Of a DNA stretch of 64,000 nucleotides, positions 1-9,988 are shown piece after piece. The number at the start of each line of letters is the position of its first letter. Within the stretch, counting starts at the first letter, position 1. This DNA comes from a virus (lineage: Duplodnaviria; Caudoviricetes). The DNA lies in the IMG/VR virus record IMGVR_UViG_3300042483_000317, positions 434-64,433 of that record; one strand, written 5' to 3'. The notes beneath the pieces are model-generated. The model was not told where the DNA came from and made no database searches. It saw nothing but the letters and a program-made list of their open reading frames with translations. The position numbers and the translations under genes were made by a program.

Positions 1-489
1 GTTGAGTGTATCGAATGTAATCAAGAAAATTCAGGAGGTGGACAATACATAATTAAAAATACTGATTGGAAATTATGGGAAAAAATTTATAATGATTGTG
101 TTCCACTATATGACCAAATGTTAGATTATCAAAGAAGATTCCCAATAAGTCCGGGTGAAATACAATTTTGGACAGCAGAAATGTGGTCATTATTATGGAA
201 CTTATGGTTACATGGGATTGAAACAAGAATAACATCTGAATTAGATTTTTCATGGGCAACAGATTCAATAAACATATATGAAGATAAACCAATTCTTCAT
301 ATGGCCGGAGTAACAGATAATCAAAAAAAAGATAAATTTTATAAAGGAGATTTTATTAATTCAAACCCATTAGACAAATTAAAAGAGGATATTAACTTTT
401 TTAATTATGTTAGTTCTCAAAGTTCTACAAAAAAATATGTAGAAGTTATGGAATCTTTGGTGAAAAAACAAATAAAGGATTATTTATAG
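1..489 (+). CDS. Glycosyltransferase-like protein, 5'-truncated (distant resemblance to HPAT/SGT1 peptide O-glycosyltransferases)
   Basis: Frame is open from base 1 (VECIECNQENSGGGQYIIKNTDWKLW...) into ORF 118..489. Motifs GGQYIIK, WTAEMWS and ILHMAG; WxxEM resembles WVLEMY/WISEMY of GT95/GT96. Confidence 0.5.
   Translation, partial: VECIECNQENSGGGQYIIKNTDWKLWEKIYNDCVPLYDQMLDYQRRFPISPGEIQFWTAEMWSLLWNLWLHGIETRITSELDFSWATDSINIYEDKPILHMAGVTDNQKKDKFYKGDFINSNPLDKLKEDINFFNYVSSQSSTKKYVEVMESLVKKQIKDYL
481..488 (+). promoter_or_regulatory. Putative late promoter TATTTATA
   Basis: Motif 21 nt before the ATG at 510; it recurs before many structural genes. Confidence 0.55.
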
Positions 490-509
490 TATAATAGAAA
501 AACATCATA

Positions 510-2747
510 ATGATATATTATTTTCAAACATGTTGCACCAGACTTATTGAATCCGATAATTATTTCGGAGTAAATGACCTTATATTAGCATCACCTATTT
601 TAGGGAATGTTTATTCAGTTGAGACACCTTCATTTAGTGGGTGTGCTTATTTAATACAAGGTCCAATACCATCAGGGTCATTAATTTATGATGGAAGTAA
701 AACAACCACAACATTTTATATTAGTTGCCAAACTTGTTTAGATAACGCTTATAGTTGTTTTCCACCTCCACCTCCGCAACCAGCAATTACTTATTTACTA
801 TCTAACGAATGTGATGTGATTACATTATTTCCAATGACCGTTGAATGCGATGTTATTAATCCTTCAACTCCGGGTGGTCGTGATGGTAGAGCGTCTATAT
901 CTATTACAGGAGGAACTCCTCCTTATACAGTAACTTGGGCTAATGGTAGTATATCTCCAGCAATTATGGATTTAGAATCCGGTTCATATCCCGCAACTAT
1001 TGTGGATTTTTATGGAGATTTTACAGCAAATACAATATGTGTATTGTCAGGTCCAACACGTACGCCTACACCAACACCAACATTAACACCAACACCAACA
1101 TCGTCATCCCCAATTTTAACTAAAACACCTACACAAACACCTACATTAACTCCTACACAAACTTTAACTCAAACACCTACATTAACTCCTACACAAACTT
1201 TAACTCAAACATCGGGTGCCGCCCCTACTAATACACCAACTCAAACACTAACTCAAACACTAACTCAAACACCTACACCAACTAAAACATTAACACCTAC
1301 ACCAACTCAAACATTAACACCTACATCATCGTCTCCATCATTTGGTGAAACATTTACAATGATTGCGAGAAGTTTAAATAGTTTTTCAATTATTAATGGT
1401 TTAGGATTTAGAATTGTGGCATCACTACCATTTAGAGTAGTTTGGGGTGACGGTAATACAACAAACTATCCATCAGGCACAATTGATATATCTCATACAT
1501 ATTCAACTCCTTATACCGGAAATGTATTAATTCAATCATCAAATTTAACATCAATCACATTGTTACAACCTGGTAATGTTACACCTCAAATAACGTCAAA
1601 CAGTGTTAGATATTTAGAGATTCAAACATCTCAATTAAATCTTTTAGATGGATTATTAAGTTATGGAACATACAGCCCAAGTTTTTTCACATCAGGTGAT
1701 ATAAGTTTATTACCATCAAGTTTAATTAGTTTTACTTCACTATTCGCTAATTGTTCAGGAAATGTTGCAAATTTACCAAGCGGTTTACAAGATTTATCAA
1801 TGGATTATTTAGGTAGTTCCCCAAATCAATCAAATAATATATCAGGTAGTGTTTCTAATTTACCATCAACATTAACTCAATTATTATTAGGTGGTAATAA
1901 CACTATAACGGGTAATGTTAGTGATTTCCCACCATTAATGATACAGATACAGATTGATGGTCAAAATACTATCACCGGTGATATATCTTTAATGTCAACC
2001 CCTAATTTAACTAAAATACTATTTAATGGTCTTAATACTATTTCAGGTGATTTAGGAGGTATATCTAATAATGTAACCGAAATACAATTTTACGGACAAA
2101 ATAATGTAACTGGTGATATATCTACATTACCACCAAACATAACTCGTTTAGACGTTAGAGGAAGTAACACTCTCTACGGTAATATTGGAACATTAAATTA
2201 TACAACATTAAATGAGATAAAAATAACGGGAAATAACACAATTTCAGGAAATATTAGTGGTATCAATTTAAAAACAAATTCAGTTTTACAATTAGAGGGT
2301 AATAACACTGTTACAGGTGATATTAGCGGTTTAGGTAATTCTTACATTTATCAACAATTATTAATTAGTGGTAATAACACAATTTCAGGGAATATTCAAA
2401 ATTTACCATCTAACAGTCGTTATGTTACTATATTAGGTAATAACACAATATCAGGTGATTTATCATTAGTTCACTTAAATATTAGATTTTTAGTTATTAA
2501 AGGTAATAACACAATATCAACATTCTCAAATAGTTCAAGAATTTTTACTGATTTAAATCTGATTGAAGTATTAGGTAGTGGATTTAATAGCACTAATATT
2601 AATAATTTATTAACGAGTTACGCATCATCAACTTGGGTGGGTATTAGACAATTAAAAATTAAAGGTACATCAACCCCTAAATATACTAACATTACATCAT
2701 ACAACACACTTCAAACAACAAAAGGAGTGACAATAACAATATCATAA
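510..2747 (+). CDS. Adhesin-like virion protein: Cys-rich N-domain, SprB-type repeat, Thr/Pro linker, PKD-like domain, LRR-like solenoid
   Basis: DGRASISITGGTPPYTVTW (SprB type); TPT/TQT tract; VVWGDG...SHTY (PKD); many LxxLxIxGNNTISGDIxxL repeats. Confidence 0.7.
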   Translation: MIYYFQTCCTRLIESDNYFGVNDLILASPILGNVYSVETPSFSGCAYLIQGPIPSGSLIYDGSKTTTTFYISCQTCLDNAYSCFPPPPPQPAITYLLSNECDVITLFPMTVECDVINPSTPGGRDGRASISITGGTPPYTVTWANGSISPAIMDLESGSYPATIVDFYGDFTANTICVLSGPTRTPTPTPTLTPTPTSSSPILTKTPTQTPTLTPTQTLTQTPTLTPTQTLTQTSGAAPTNTPTQTLTQTLTQTPTPTKTLTPTPTQTLTPTSSSPSFGETFTMIARSLNSFSIINGLGFRIVASLPFRVVWGDGNTTNYPSGTIDISHTYSTPYTGNVLIQSSNLTSITLLQPGNVTPQITSNSVRYLEIQTSQLNLLDGLLSYGTYSPSFFTSGDISLLPSSLISFTSLFANCSGNVANLPSGLQDLSMDYLGSSPNQSNNISGSVSNLPSTLTQLLLGGNNTITGNVSDFPPLMIQIQIDGQNTITGDISLMSTPNLTKILFNGLNTISGDLGGISNNVTEIQFYGQNNVTGDISTLPPNITRLDVRGSNTLYGNIGTLNYTTLNEIKITGNNTISGNISGINLKTNSVLQLEGNNTVTGDISGLGNSYIYQQLLISGNNTISGNIQNLPSNSRYVTILGNNTISGDLSLVHLNIRFLVIKGNNTISTFSNSSRIFTDLNLIEVLGSGFNSTNINNLLTSYASSTWVGIRQLKIKGTSTPKYTNITSYNTLQTTKGVTITIS
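1055..1335 (+). repeat. Thr/Pro/Gln linker with an exact 36-bp tandem duplication (1134-1169 and 1170-1205)
   Basis: caaacacctacattaactcctacacaaactttaact occurs twice in tandem. Confidence 0.85.
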
Positions 2748-2748
2748 A

Positions 2749-3774
2749 ATGGAATATAATTTTTGTTTAAATATTAGTATTAATAACTTACAAATTCATT
2801 TTAATCCAAACGGATTAGATGATAATGGATATAATCAATGGGTATCCGATGATTACACATATTCAATTAATTGGGACACCTCATTAAGTAGATGGAAATT
2901 GAATGGTGGTAATCTAACTTATTCAGTATTTTCTTCCTTACCATCTTCTGTACCCCCACTTAACTCTTGGTATATATTAGGGGCTAACGGAACTGTTTAT
3001 GCTAACGAAGGTGTTTGTAATCCATTAGGTATTAATTCATTAACCTATAGTGTTAATCAACCAATATGCTCATGTGATGGTAATTTAATGGTAACCGTTT
3101 CAGGTGGTTATCCACCTTATCAATATTCAATTGATAATGGTATAACATATTATAATTCACCAATGTTTAGTCAGTTATGTTCAGGAATCTATAGTATTAA
3201 AGTTGTTGATATAAGTGGAAACACTAATAGTGATAACGTGACATTAAATGAGCCTGTACCACCAACTGTTTATAGTGTAAAATTATCAACTACGACGACA
3301 AATCCTGTTAATAATAATACAACGTTAACTAATCAATATACAACAACAGTTAGTGTATCTCCTGAATTACCAAGTGGGACAGTAATCAATTTTAATATAT
3401 CTCACAATAATAAATTTTACTATTCTCCAAGTGGTGTAACTGCAAGTTTGGTTACTAATAGTACTTTATCTAAAAATAATACTTTAATACCTACAACATC
3501 AAATGGTACCGTAACATCGGACGCAAATTTTAATACAATTCAAGGATGTCAATCATATGTTAAATATTTAGATTTCTATACTGAAACTTGGGATTCATTA
3601 ACATTTACAAATTCGGATTCAATTGTTATTAACACGGTTACAACAATAACTAACAACGGGCCATTAACACCTTGTACGTATACATTAAGTGAAGATTTAT
3701 ATAATATTTACAACGCAACCATAAGTGGTTGTGGATGTTGTATTGTAGAAATTGTTAACGTTAATCAAAAATAA
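2749..3774 (+). CDS. SprB-repeat-containing putative virion protein
   Basis: CSCDGNLMVTVSGGYPPYQYSIDNG...LCSGIYSIKVVD; starts immediately after the upstream stop. Confidence 0.65.
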   Translation: MEYNFCLNISINNLQIHFNPNGLDDNGYNQWVSDDYTYSINWDTSLSRWKLNGGNLTYSVFSSLPSSVPPLNSWYILGANGTVYANEGVCNPLGINSLTYSVNQPICSCDGNLMVTVSGGYPPYQYSIDNGITYYNSPMFSQLCSGIYSIKVVDISGNTNSDNVTLNEPVPPTVYSVKLSTTTTNPVNNNTTLTNQYTTTVSVSPELPSGTVINFNISHNNKFYYSPSGVTASLVTNSTLSKNNTLIPTTSNGTVTSDANFNTIQGCQSYVKYLDFYTETWDSLTFTNSDSIVINTVTTITNNGPLTPCTYTLSEDLYNIYNATISGCGCCIVEIVNVNQK

Positions 3775-3786
3775 AAAAAATAAGAA

Positions 3787-3794
3787 TATTTATA
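3787..3794 (+). promoter_or_regulatory. Putative late promoter TATTTATA
   Basis: Motif 4 nt before the ATG at 3799. Confidence 0.55.
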
Positions 3795-3798
3795 TCAC

Positions 3799-6279
3799 AT
3801 GGGATACATATTAAAAAATACACAAGGTTTACTTAGCACGAGATTAACTGATACCGCAAGATTAAAATTATCACAAGGTAGCTTTAACATCTCTTATTTC
3901 CAAGTAGGTGATAGTGAAGTGTCTTACAATACATTAACAGGTACATCATATAATCAATTTACTACACAAATTCTTGAACCGGCATTTAATGCTCAAAATT
4001 CAACAGGAGCACCTGAATCTAACAAACAAAATGTTAAGTACCCATACTATGTTGATGGAATAACAGGTAATACTTATGGAATTCCATATATGGCATCTGT
4101 TCCTCAAGCAGTTTATAATAGAGCTGCGATGAGAGGATTCTTTACCGGAGATACAACCGCAACAACTTTTACATGGAGTGCACTAACAAATAGCCAATAT
4201 ACTATTAACTCTAACTATCTTGTAGATATGTCTACTTTAACAGGTGGTAGTGTTATTCAATTAGTATATTCAGGATGTAATTCAAATATTGTAAGATTAC
4301 CATCTATTGGTGATTTTGTAACAATATATTATGATGGTCAAGGAGAATACAATTGTTATTGTGACCCAAACCCAACACCAACACCTACATCTACACCAAC
4401 ACCAACACCTACTTTTGACGCCAATCCAACCCCAACACCTACTCCAACAATAACAAAGAGTGCGAACATATGTGACCAAGGTCCAACACCAACACCTTCA
4501 TCGACTTGTTGTACTACTCCATTACCACCTACTCCGACACCACCTGATTGTGAGATGTCAATGAGTAGTTGTTATTCAATATTAACTTATAAAATTGTAG
4601 ATATTTGTAACGGTGATTACACATTAGATAGACCAACACCTGACTTTTCAAACTTTTCAAATGGATGTTTTGCCAGAGTATTAGTATATCCACCAAACAT
4701 GACGACAATATACGATAGTATTACACCTAACTCACATTGGAATCAAAATGTTATCAATTTTGAATCATTATGTAGCACGGATGAATCTGATGTTAAAATT
4801 TGGAATATGAATATTCCTTGGTCAGAAAATCCTGCAGGTTTATATGATTCAACATATAAAGGATACCCTTATTTTGGTTCAGCATCTTATATAGGAACTA
4901 AAGAATATCTTGGTTATATGTCTGATAGTGGTCAAACAGATACTGGTGTTGTTTATTATTATAATTCATTTGATGAGACAGTAGTTGTTCAACCTAGTGA
5001 ACAAAAAGCCATCGCAATTATTCATTATACTAATCAAGCGATTGATTTCTTCTATGGTGAGAAATTCGCCTTTGAACCTTACGACCCTAACAACCCTACA
5101 GATACAACAGGTGAAGCTCGTAACTTCAGATTACATTTGCCATGGTTAATGTGGCATAAAAATCCTGAATGTTGTAAAGGACAAACTTTTTGGGTTGACC
5201 CACCAGGTTTTGACGAATATTTATTGTTCAAACCATATTATATTGAATCAACCAAAAATAGTGATATGAATACTCCGGGTATTAGATATTATCAATTATG
5301 GGACACTCATGCAAACAATAATGGGTTACCAAATAGAATTGGTAAAGTATTCCCTGATTCACAAATTATTGTAATTGACGATGAAGAAATTATTGCAGCA
5401 ATGTCTTATAAATCAAATCGTAACTGGACATTACCTGCACCTCAAATTGCATTAACAACTCCTAACACTTGTGTGGTTGAGAACAATCAACCAACAGTTA
5501 GAGGTATTTTAAGTGCTAACACAGAATATATGTACGTGACTTACAGATTTAGTAATAGTAGTTTATTTACAAATTCATTACATTGTAATTATTATACTAA
5601 AATTCAAGGACCTAATATTGATTGTGGTTCGATAGTGTCTCAAAATGTATCAGTTAGATTTGGGGCTGAATTCCCTTGTTTAAATCAACCATCATTTAAC
5701 CCAACAACAACTACTACAACAACAACTACAACAACATTATGTCCGACATCATGTGATATAATTACAGGGTTCTATGCTGACACATTACAAATTCTATGTC
5801 AAAAAGTAATTGGTACAAGTAGACCTGACCCAGATGAATGGAAGATTATTGATTTTACATCACAAATAAGTGCAACAACAGTTAATGGTTATTTAACAGT
5901 AGATAGTTTAACAGGGTCAACATTTACCATCACTGAAGAAAATTACAGGTTAGCACCAATTTATGATTTAAATGATTATATCCCATTAGTATCAGGTAGT
6001 ACAACTACACCTTCATTAAATTTTGGTGATGAATATTATTTCTATGGTTCATTAGAAACTGATATTGAAGCAACCATCTATGAAATGAAATATAAGATTA
6101 ATCTTGGTCAAGCAGAGTTTCAATCAACCTCAAATCCTACTTGGACTAAAGGTACAAATTCATATATTACAGAAATTGGTCTTTACGATTCTGATATGAA
6201 TCTTATGATTATATCAAAGCTGCAATCACCGGTCTTAAGACAAGGTATTCAACAGTTTTTGGTTAAATTTGATTTCTAA
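3799..6279 (+). CDS. Baseplate/tail-collar-type structural protein with Pro/Thr and poly-Thr inserts
   Basis: N-terminal LTDTARLKL...ISYFQVGDSE and C-terminal YITEIGLYD..NLMIISKL..P resemble tail-collar/fibre-attachment domains. PT tract about 4366-4545, poly-Thr about 5704-5736. Confidence 0.6.
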   Translation: MGYILKNTQGLLSTRLTDTARLKLSQGSFNISYFQVGDSEVSYNTLTGTSYNQFTTQILEPAFNAQNSTGAPESNKQNVKYPYYVDGITGNTYGIPYMASVPQAVYNRAAMRGFFTGDTTATTFTWSALTNSQYTINSNYLVDMSTLTGGSVIQLVYSGCNSNIVRLPSIGDFVTIYYDGQGEYNCYCDPNPTPTPTSTPTPTPTFDANPTPTPTPTITKSANICDQGPTPTPSSTCCTTPLPPTPTPPDCEMSMSSCYSILTYKIVDICNGDYTLDRPTPDFSNFSNGCFARVLVYPPNMTTIYDSITPNSHWNQNVINFESLCSTDESDVKIWNMNIPWSENPAGLYDSTYKGYPYFGSASYIGTKEYLGYMSDSGQTDTGVVYYYNSFDETVVVQPSEQKAIAIIHYTNQAIDFFYGEKFAFEPYDPNNPTDTTGEARNFRLHLPWLMWHKNPECCKGQTFWVDPPGFDEYLLFKPYYIESTKNSDMNTPGIRYYQLWDTHANNNGLPNRIGKVFPDSQIIVIDDEEIIAAMSYKSNRNWTLPAPQIALTTPNTCVVENNQPTVRGILSANTEYMYVTYRFSNSSLFTNSLHCNYYTKIQGPNIDCGSIVSQNVSVRFGAEFPCLNQPSFNPTTTTTTTTTTTLCPTSCDIITGFYADTLQILCQKVIGTSRPDPDEWKIIDFTSQISATTVNGYLTVDSLTGSTFTITEENYRLAPIYDLNDYIPLVSGSTTTPSLNFGDEYYFYGSLETDIEATIYEMKYKINLGQAEFQSTSNPTWTKGTNSYITEIGLYDSDMNLMIISKLQSPVLRQGIQQFLVKFDF

Positions 6280-6285
6280 TAAAAT

Positions 6286-6885
6286 ATGAAAAAAACACTT
6301 AAAGAAAGTCCTAAAGTTTTGGGATTAGATGTGAGCACCAAAACAATTGGTTGGGCATTATTTGATATACAAAGTCGAGAACTACTTGAATTAACTCACA
6401 TCTCTCCAATACCAAAACCAAAAGAAGAAAATAAAATAAAAGAATTACTTCTTAAAGGTGAAATCTTTAGAACTAAACTTTTAGAATATAAAGATATGGG
6501 TATTACTAAAGTTATTATTGAAGAACCTTTATTAAACTCAAACAATGTTTACACAGTTCAAACTTTATTAAGATTTAATACTTTAGTTACAAAAGAGATA
6601 TATGATGTATTAGGAGTAGTGCCCGATTTCATATCAACATACAATTCTCGTAAGTTTGCCTTTCCGGAGTTAACTCAATTAAACGATAAAGGTAAATACG
6701 TACTATTTGGAGGTCTTCCTAAAGACATTGATAAGAAAATGATTATATGGGACCTAATTGCAAAAAAAGAACCTCAAATCACTTGGTTATACACAAGAAA
6801 CAATACCTTAAAAAAAGAAAATTTTGACCAAACAGATGCTTATTGTTGTGTTATAGGTCATATGAAACAAGAAAAAATATGGTAA
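6286..6885 (+). CDS. ruvC: RuvC-like Holliday junction resolvase
   Basis: VLGLDVSTKTIGWA, IIEEP and DQTDAY give the RuvC D/E/DxxD catalytic pattern; 199 aa. Confidence 0.8.
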   Translation: MKKTLKESPKVLGLDVSTKTIGWALFDIQSRELLELTHISPIPKPKEENKIKELLLKGEIFRTKLLEYKDMGITKVIIEEPLLNSNNVYTVQTLLRFNTLVTKEIYDVLGVVPDFISTYNSRKFAFPELTQLNDKGKYVLFGGLPKDIDKKMIIWDLIAKKEPQITWLYTRNNTLKKENFDQTDAYCCVIGHMKQEKIW

Positions 6886-6915
6886 AAAAATAACCCACCT
6901 TTTGGTGGGTTTTTT
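6884..6915. terminator. Bidirectional intrinsic terminator
   Basis: Stem aacccacc/ggtgggtt flanked by A and T runs, between convergent genes. Confidence 0.85.
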
Positions 6916-6916
6916 A

Positions 6917-9900
6917 TTATTGACATACTCCTGAATTTACCTGAATTTCTAACGTTGAGCTTGCTGCAACATTAACATTTAAAAACTCAACATTAAAATA
7001 TTGATTTGTTGTTGTGATTGGTACAACTTGACTCATATAAAGTGAATTATCCACATATAATAAAACACATTGTGAGTTTCCTACAAGAGATAAGAGTGTC
7101 ACAGTTATATTTTGATTTACTAACCCTAATTGAGTACCCAATAAAGGATTTGACACAGTTACAGGGAAACTATATGAACTATCATATATATAAAACGTCT
7201 GTGGTTGGATATTTGTAACTTGAGATTCTTCTTTTTGAATACTAACACTGAAATTTCTTGTTGGTTCAATATTAATTTCACTCTTACATTTTGAACAAGA
7301 ATCTTCAGTATCATTATTAGATGAATAAATTGTATTACTAATTGTTGTGAAATAATTAGTATTATAAGTTTGAACGTTTAATTCTGGTGGTAATGTTGGT
7401 TGTCCGTTATAAATATCTTTTAATCTCCAACACGTCACATTACCTCTAATGTCAGTAGAACTAAATCCGTCCGCAATTAATAAACCAGGTAATACTAATA
7501 TAGGTTGCAATATATAGGATGTTTCCCCCTCATTATTAAGCTCACATGATGCGTATAAATACCATAATGGGTCTGCACTAGGTGTTGGTGTCATAGTCGG
7601 TGTTCTTGTTGGAGTTGGTGTTAATGTTTGAGTTAATGTTGGTGTTAATGTTGGAGTATTTGTTGGTGTAGATGTTAATGTTTGAGTTAAAGTTTGTGTA
7701 GGCGTTGATGTAGGTGTGGCTCCTAATGTTGTTGTTTGAGTCGGAGTATTAGTTAATGTAGGCGTTAATGTAGGCGTTTGAGTTGGAGTAGGTGTTTGAG
7801 TTAAAGTTTGTGTTGGAGTTAATGTAGGTGTTGGCGTAGGTGCTAAACCACAATATTGACATGAAATGTTATATTCAATAAATACATCAACAGTAACATC
7901 TGTAGCAACCAAATATTGAGCCTCACATTTTGCGATTATTTGAATCCCATTGTTTAATGAGTCAATATTTACTTGAGCAACTTGGTCAAAACTTTCTAAT
8001 AACGCCACTAAAGCATTAAAATATTCTTCATCCGTTGGATAGTCGTTTAAAGCATAACTTATATAAAATTCTGAAGTTTCTGTAACATCCCCAATAATTG
8101 CAACAATATTAAATATTGCTTGATTCAGTAAACAATTTGTATATCCGGAAGTTAAATCATAATAACCTTCGTTTAACATTTCTTTTGGACCTTTTTTAAC
8201 TAATTCTCCAATGTTTTCAAAATCACTATCACAAATATTAAATGTTTGAAACGATGAGAGTAAATCAAATCCATCTATAGTTACACTTCGAGTTTTAACA
8301 CATCCAGCACTATCAGTTACTTGTAAACTGTATGTCCCCGCACTTAAATTACTTAAATAATAACCTGTTTGACCATTTACGTTATTACTCCATAATAATG
8401 TAAAAGGTGGTGTCCCTTGTGTGATATATGCCGATACTGTACCATCGTTACCATTATTAGCATCAGTACCTGATATTAAAAAATCAACATTGTTAGATGT
8501 ATTAATTACAAAGTTAATTATTTGAGCACATCCCGGAACAGCATCATCAATTTCAGCCGCGTAAGCACCTGAAAATAAATTATTAAATGTTACCGCACTT
8601 GTCTCAATTTGTTGTAATTGACTTCCTATATTTATTGTATAAGGTGGTGTACCACCTGAAATACTAATTTGTACAGAACCATTTTGTAAATCACAAGTTG
8701 TTCCTGTTGTACTAGCACTTAAAGTAAAAGGAGATGTAGTTGATATTGTATATGGATTAGTATATACACAAGCACCATTATCAGAAATTGTTAATGTGTA
8801 AGTATCTGCAGCTAAATTAACAAATTGCCAAACAGATGAGTTTGTTGATTGATTTTGAATATCACCGTTAGAATTTACTAAAGTATATGTAAAAGGTGGT
8901 TGACCACCTAACAGAGTTATTTCTATTTTTCCGTTATTCCCACAATTTGCATTGATTGTATTAATTGTCACAATTGAAAATCCATTTGGTGTTAATACTG
9001 TTATTGAACCGACAACGGAACATAACGCAGCATCCGTTACTTTTACTGAAAATAATCCGGTTCCTATATTTTGAAATGTTTGTGAAGAACTAAATGACAC
9101 ATTTATTTGACCTGTAGACGCCGAATAATAATATGGTCCTGTACCTCCTGAAACAGTTACTGTTACCTCACCATCAGATGAAAAACAAGACGGTGGCACA
9201 CTTGTTAGAATACCAGCAATACCCAACGCAGGAACTAACCCAACTGTCGCACTTTGAGATAATGTACAATTTGTACTATCCGTTATTGTTACACTGTATG
9301 TACCATTTGTTAACCCTGTAATAAAATCAGTTGTTTCACCATTAGACCATAAATAAGTAAATGGAGCATTACCCGTTAAACCTGTCACATATATCTTACC
9401 TGATTCAACACTATTACATCCGGAATCTTCAACTATATAAAAACCCCAAGTAATTGTTGTTGATGGTTTTATAATAATAGTTTCAGAAGTTCCTGTACAA
9501 CCACCTCCATCATCAGCAACTACATAATAAATCCCCGGTGATAATGCTGGCGGTGTTATAAAGGTATTATAACCTGTTGTTGCTGAGGTTATAAACCCTG
9601 TTAATGTATTGTATAAATAAAAATCCGCAGAACCATAAAAACTACTAGTTTGAGCAGTTAACGCACCATTATCAAAATTACATGTTGTATTTTGTTGACC
9701 TATAATACTTACACAAGTACCACTAGAAATATTAACATTTACCGGTAAAGAAGTTTGAGATGGACTAGAACAAGAATCTAAAACATTAAAGGTATATGTT
9801 CCCGCCGATAAAGATGTTGCGGTATATCCTGTAACACCAGGACCTAAAGCTATTGTTCCAAGTGCTGGCGAAATCCACTGAATACTATAATCAGGTGCAA

Positions 9901-9988
9901 CACCATAAATATCCACACTAAAACTACCCGAGTTTGTATTTGAACAATCTCCAGTTATACTTAAAATTATATCTAAACTACAAGCCAT
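6917..9988 (-). CDS. Multi-SprB-repeat adhesin-like virion protein with Thr/Pro linker and Cys-containing C-terminal domains
   Basis: Several CxxxxGxIxVxxxGGTPPYTY...LxxGxYxVxVTD repeats; TPT linker about 7575-7843. Confidence 0.75.
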   Translation of the reverse strand: MACSLDIILSITGDCSNTNSGSFSVDIYGVAPDYSIQWISPALGTIALGPGVTGYTATSLSAGTYTFNVLDSCSSPSQTSLPVNVNISSGTCVSIIGQQNTTCNFDNGALTAQTSSFYGSADFYLYNTLTGFITSATTGYNTFITPPALSPGIYYVVADDGGGCTGTSETIIIKPSTTITWGFYIVEDSGCNSVESGKIYVTGLTGNAPFTYLWSNGETTDFITGLTNGTYSVTITDSTNCTLSQSATVGLVPALGIAGILTSVPPSCFSSDGEVTVTVSGGTGPYYYSASTGQINVSFSSSQTFQNIGTGLFSVKVTDAALCSVVGSITVLTPNGFSIVTINTINANCGNNGKIEITLLGGQPPFTYTLVNSNGDIQNQSTNSSVWQFVNLAADTYTLTISDNGACVYTNPYTISTTSPFTLSASTTGTTCDLQNGSVQISISGGTPPYTINIGSQLQQIETSAVTFNNLFSGAYAAEIDDAVPGCAQIINFVINTSNNVDFLISGTDANNGNDGTVSAYITQGTPPFTLLWSNNVNGQTGYYLSNLSAGTYSLQVTDSAGCVKTRSVTIDGFDLLSSFQTFNICDSDFENIGELVKKGPKEMLNEGYYDLTSGYTNCLLNQAIFNIVAIIGDVTETSEFYISYALNDYPTDEEYFNALVALLESFDQVAQVNIDSLNNGIQIIAKCEAQYLVATDVTVDVFIEYNISCQYCGLAPTPTPTLTPTQTLTQTPTPTQTPTLTPTLTNTPTQTTTLGATPTSTPTQTLTQTLTSTPTNTPTLTPTLTQTLTPTPTRTPTMTPTPSADPLWYLYASCELNNEGETSYILQPILVLPGLLIADGFSSTDIRGNVTCWRLKDIYNGQPTLPPELNVQTYNTNYFTTISNTIYSSNNDTEDSCSKCKSEINIEPTRNFSVSIQKEESQVTNIQPQTFYIYDSSYSFPVTVSNPLLGTQLGLVNQNITVTLLSLVGNSQCVLLYVDNSLYMSQVVPITTTNQYFNVEFLNVNVAASSTLEIQVNSGVCQ

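Noticed and set aside
6286-6885. RuvC domain as TnpB/Cas12 or a transposase
   Set aside because: Only 199 aa, with no zinc ribbon, IS ends or array; fits a stand-alone resolvase.
1055-7843. Tandem repeats as a CRISPR array or DGR template/variable pair
   Set aside because: They are in-frame Thr/Pro coding repeats with no unique spacers, and no cas or reverse transcriptase gene is in the window.
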